Source: Perkinsus olseni (lineage: Eukaryota). From it: a DNA stretch of 64,000 nt. The position numbers were made by a program, and so were the translations under genes. Shown in pieces: positions 61,658 through 64,000 of the stretch; the stretch's first letter is position 1, and each line of letters starts with the position of its first letter. The stretch spans positions 1 to 64,000 of the forward strand of contig JABANN010000094.1 of assembly GCA_013115125.1 (NCBI GenBank), read 5' to 3'. A model generated the notes under the pieces. It had not been told where the DNA came from, ran no database searches, and saw only the letters and a list, made by a program, of their open reading frames with translations.

Positions 61658-62755
61658 TTACTGGACGTCTTTGCTCGTCGTAGCATCGGCCGCGGAAGAA
61701 GAGGATGATAGCCGAGCTTCGATCTCCGGGGGGATCTCACCTGAACGGACGCAGTGCATGAAGGAAACGGCACCGTTAGCCTACCAGTTCTAAGGGCCTT
61801 CTCCAGCTTGGTGACCTCCTCCATTGAGGACGCTGCTTCGATGGCTTCCTTTATGCGGGCCAGGAGGAGGCCTCTATCCGCGGATGCACCTTCACGTACG
61901 AACCATAACTCCCCCACCTCATCCCGATAACACTACCATTTGGAACGTTCTCCTTGGCATTAGCCTCTGCCTTGTTGGCACTGTCCTCTTCCTCTGCAGT
62001 AATTCTAGGCGCAATCTTGAGCAGGAACTTCTCTCCCTCTGGGCCACCAAACAGCTTCGCTGCCGCCTCGCGCTCCTACCAACCACTCTCATCTAAACTC
62101 AAGCCCGGTCCATTACTACCTTATCCTTGACCCTGGCAAAGTCAATAAACCGTACCGTCTTGGGGAGTATGTGTATCAGGAAGAGTCGGTAATGCTGCAC
62201 ATTACAGACCTCGTTATCTAGCACTGTAAGGCGCTCCAGATGCCGCACTGAGGAGAGGGGCTCAACAGGGCTCGGACGACGGAGTAGACGAGGGATTACG
62301 CTGGCCCAAGGGGTAGAGGTCCTGCAGCTTCTCGAGGCGGTTGTTGGTTAGAACGACACTGGTGAGGTTAGGCATGTTGTCGAAGCAAGTAGACCCTATG
62401 CGGGAGATACGGTTATTGGCGAGCATCTGTTTAGAGGTCAAGCTTGAATTTCACAGAGAAAAAGATACCCTTTCCCCGTGGAACTACCAGAGTACGAAGC
62501 CGCGTAAGGGGCGCACTATCATTGGGTATCTTGGCGATGTCGTTGTCCGTCAGATCGAGGCAGTCGTAGTGGTCCTTAGTCGCACTCAAATTCTCCATCA
62601 CGGGAATCTTCAACCTAAAGCCACCAGGATCCTCACCATAAGCGCATACAACTGGCGTAGCCTTCCTCCTACCCACGCAGGACCAGAGCCCTGTCGCCCG
62701 CCGGGGTAATCATCTGCTCCCCGCTCTGCTCTATGAGATCGGCTGTAAGGCGCAT
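61658..62755 (-). CDS. SNRPA1: U2 snRNP protein A' (LRR)
   Basis: MRLTADLIEQS..LVLRGLKIPVMENL..YDCLDLTDNDI..LANNRI..YRLFLI..IDF; IKEAIEAASSMEEVTKLEKALRTG. Confidence 0.93.
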
Positions 62756-62999
62756 GGCTACAACAAAGGCAAACAACAGCGCCTGACCCAGTACATGAAC
62801 CCTCTTCCAAGATGATCAAGCCCCCCCATCCGACCGGCACCACAAGTCGAGTAGAATCAAAAACAGCTAGTAACAAAATGGTCATCATACCGGTGTATGC
62901 GGTGAATGGTACAGGAGCACACAAATCTATCGCAAGCCCAGCCTTGGACGTCACAGATTCCGAACAGCCAGCCAGTCATGTATCCGTCGAGTCTGCTGC

Positions 63000-64000
63000 A
63001 GGGCGCCGTCCACTATGCAGAGGGCCAGCCTGTTGGAGAGCTCGTCCCGAGCCACTCTATTCTGTCTTTTCGCCACCAACTGCCTGAGCGAGTGTGGTTG
63101 GTACCTCTACCGCCCCCATCGAGGGCCTACCTCTCAACCTGGTTGCAGAGTTTGATACCTACCCACGTCCCTGCCTTCCTGATGCACCGCATAGTATAGC
63201 AGGCACCGTGATAGAGAAGGGCCCGGATGGCAGCTTCTGGGGGTATCTCAGCTGACTGGGAAGCTCGGCGAGGTCCGCTACTGTCACTAGCTGTATGCGC
63301 CCTCTCATACCGCTCTTCCGCCGAATCGTAGTTAGAGGACGCCCCTCGCTGAAAGAGCCACAGCTTCAATCCTCTAACCTCCCATCCCCTCTCACCTGAG
63401 ACCAGCTGTACTCACTATTATAATCATCAGCAGTTGCTCGATAACCATAAAAGGCCTGATGCTCCGAAGCCCCTCCTTCAGAACCCTCCCACCGCTGATC
63501 GTGGTGGTAGGCTTCGTAACCGGGCGCCGAAGGCTCCGTTACGTGAGGATACGCTCTGGAAGAAGTCTGGGAGGGATCAACGTCTGCTGTCATAAGGGCA
63601 AACTAACACATACTGCCGAACGGTGACACAGTGCCGGACGAAACAGACACCCGGGCTCTCAGAAACGACGTTAAATGGTGCAAGGATGATACAGGAGGCC
63701 TCAACGGTACATCCCCCCAGAGGGCCCGTAGGAGGGGCCTCGAGGCGGCCACGGGGGCATAGGCATCGGCGGCTGCTGTGGGGGCAGGTTGGGTAACTGC
63801 TGCTGACCGGCGATAATTCCCGCTGGAGGTGGCCGTGGCGGCTCTGAGGGTGGCGGACCCCCCGACTGAAATGCCCCACCGTCATGGAATGGCGGCGCTG
63901 CCATTGGGGGCTGTGGAGGGACGAAACCTTCCGACAGATTCTGAGTGGCTGGCTGAGGCGGCTGATACTGCAGCCCAGGTATCGCTTGGGGGACGGCCCT
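63000..64000 (-). CDS. 3' part of a proline-rich protein (starts beyond the window; boundaries uncertain)
   Basis: PPPSEPPRPPP..PPMPMPPWPP exon with downstream exons linked by GT-AG introns. Confidence 0.45.

Overview
Gene-dense eukaryotic genomic DNA with many short GT-AG introns. A Perkinsus-type 22-nt spliced-leader exon followed by a GT donor at 49008 points to a perkinsid alveolate (Perkinsus-like). About 28 protein genes were reconstructed by eye, so exon boundaries are approximate. They include Rab5, a GDP-sugar transporter, an SHPRH-like helicase, CSN1, two RidA/YjgF genes, thymidylate kinase, a TPR protein, prefoldin 1, a cNMP-binding protein, a UFD1/zinc-finger protein, two HAD (HADO-like) phosphatases, two RtcB ligases, a BRC-repeat protein, a RING protein, cytochrome b5 reductase, a bZIP factor, PIG-S, a U2AF65-like factor and U2A'. 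The most notable observations are: (1) a spliced gene fusing an NCLDV-like archaeo-eukaryotic primase/polymerase (AEP) domain to a C-terminal SH3 domain, present as one apparently intact and one broken tandem copy; (2) a bacterial-type RtcB with a mitochondrial-presequence-like N-terminus lying one gene away from the canonical eukaryotic RTCB and next to tandem HAD phosphatases; (3) a solitary SL RNA gene; (4) a possible TPR-prefoldin in-frame fusion; (5) a duplicated small secreted or GPI-like protein with conserved flanks. All family calls come from motif recognition; no database searches were run.
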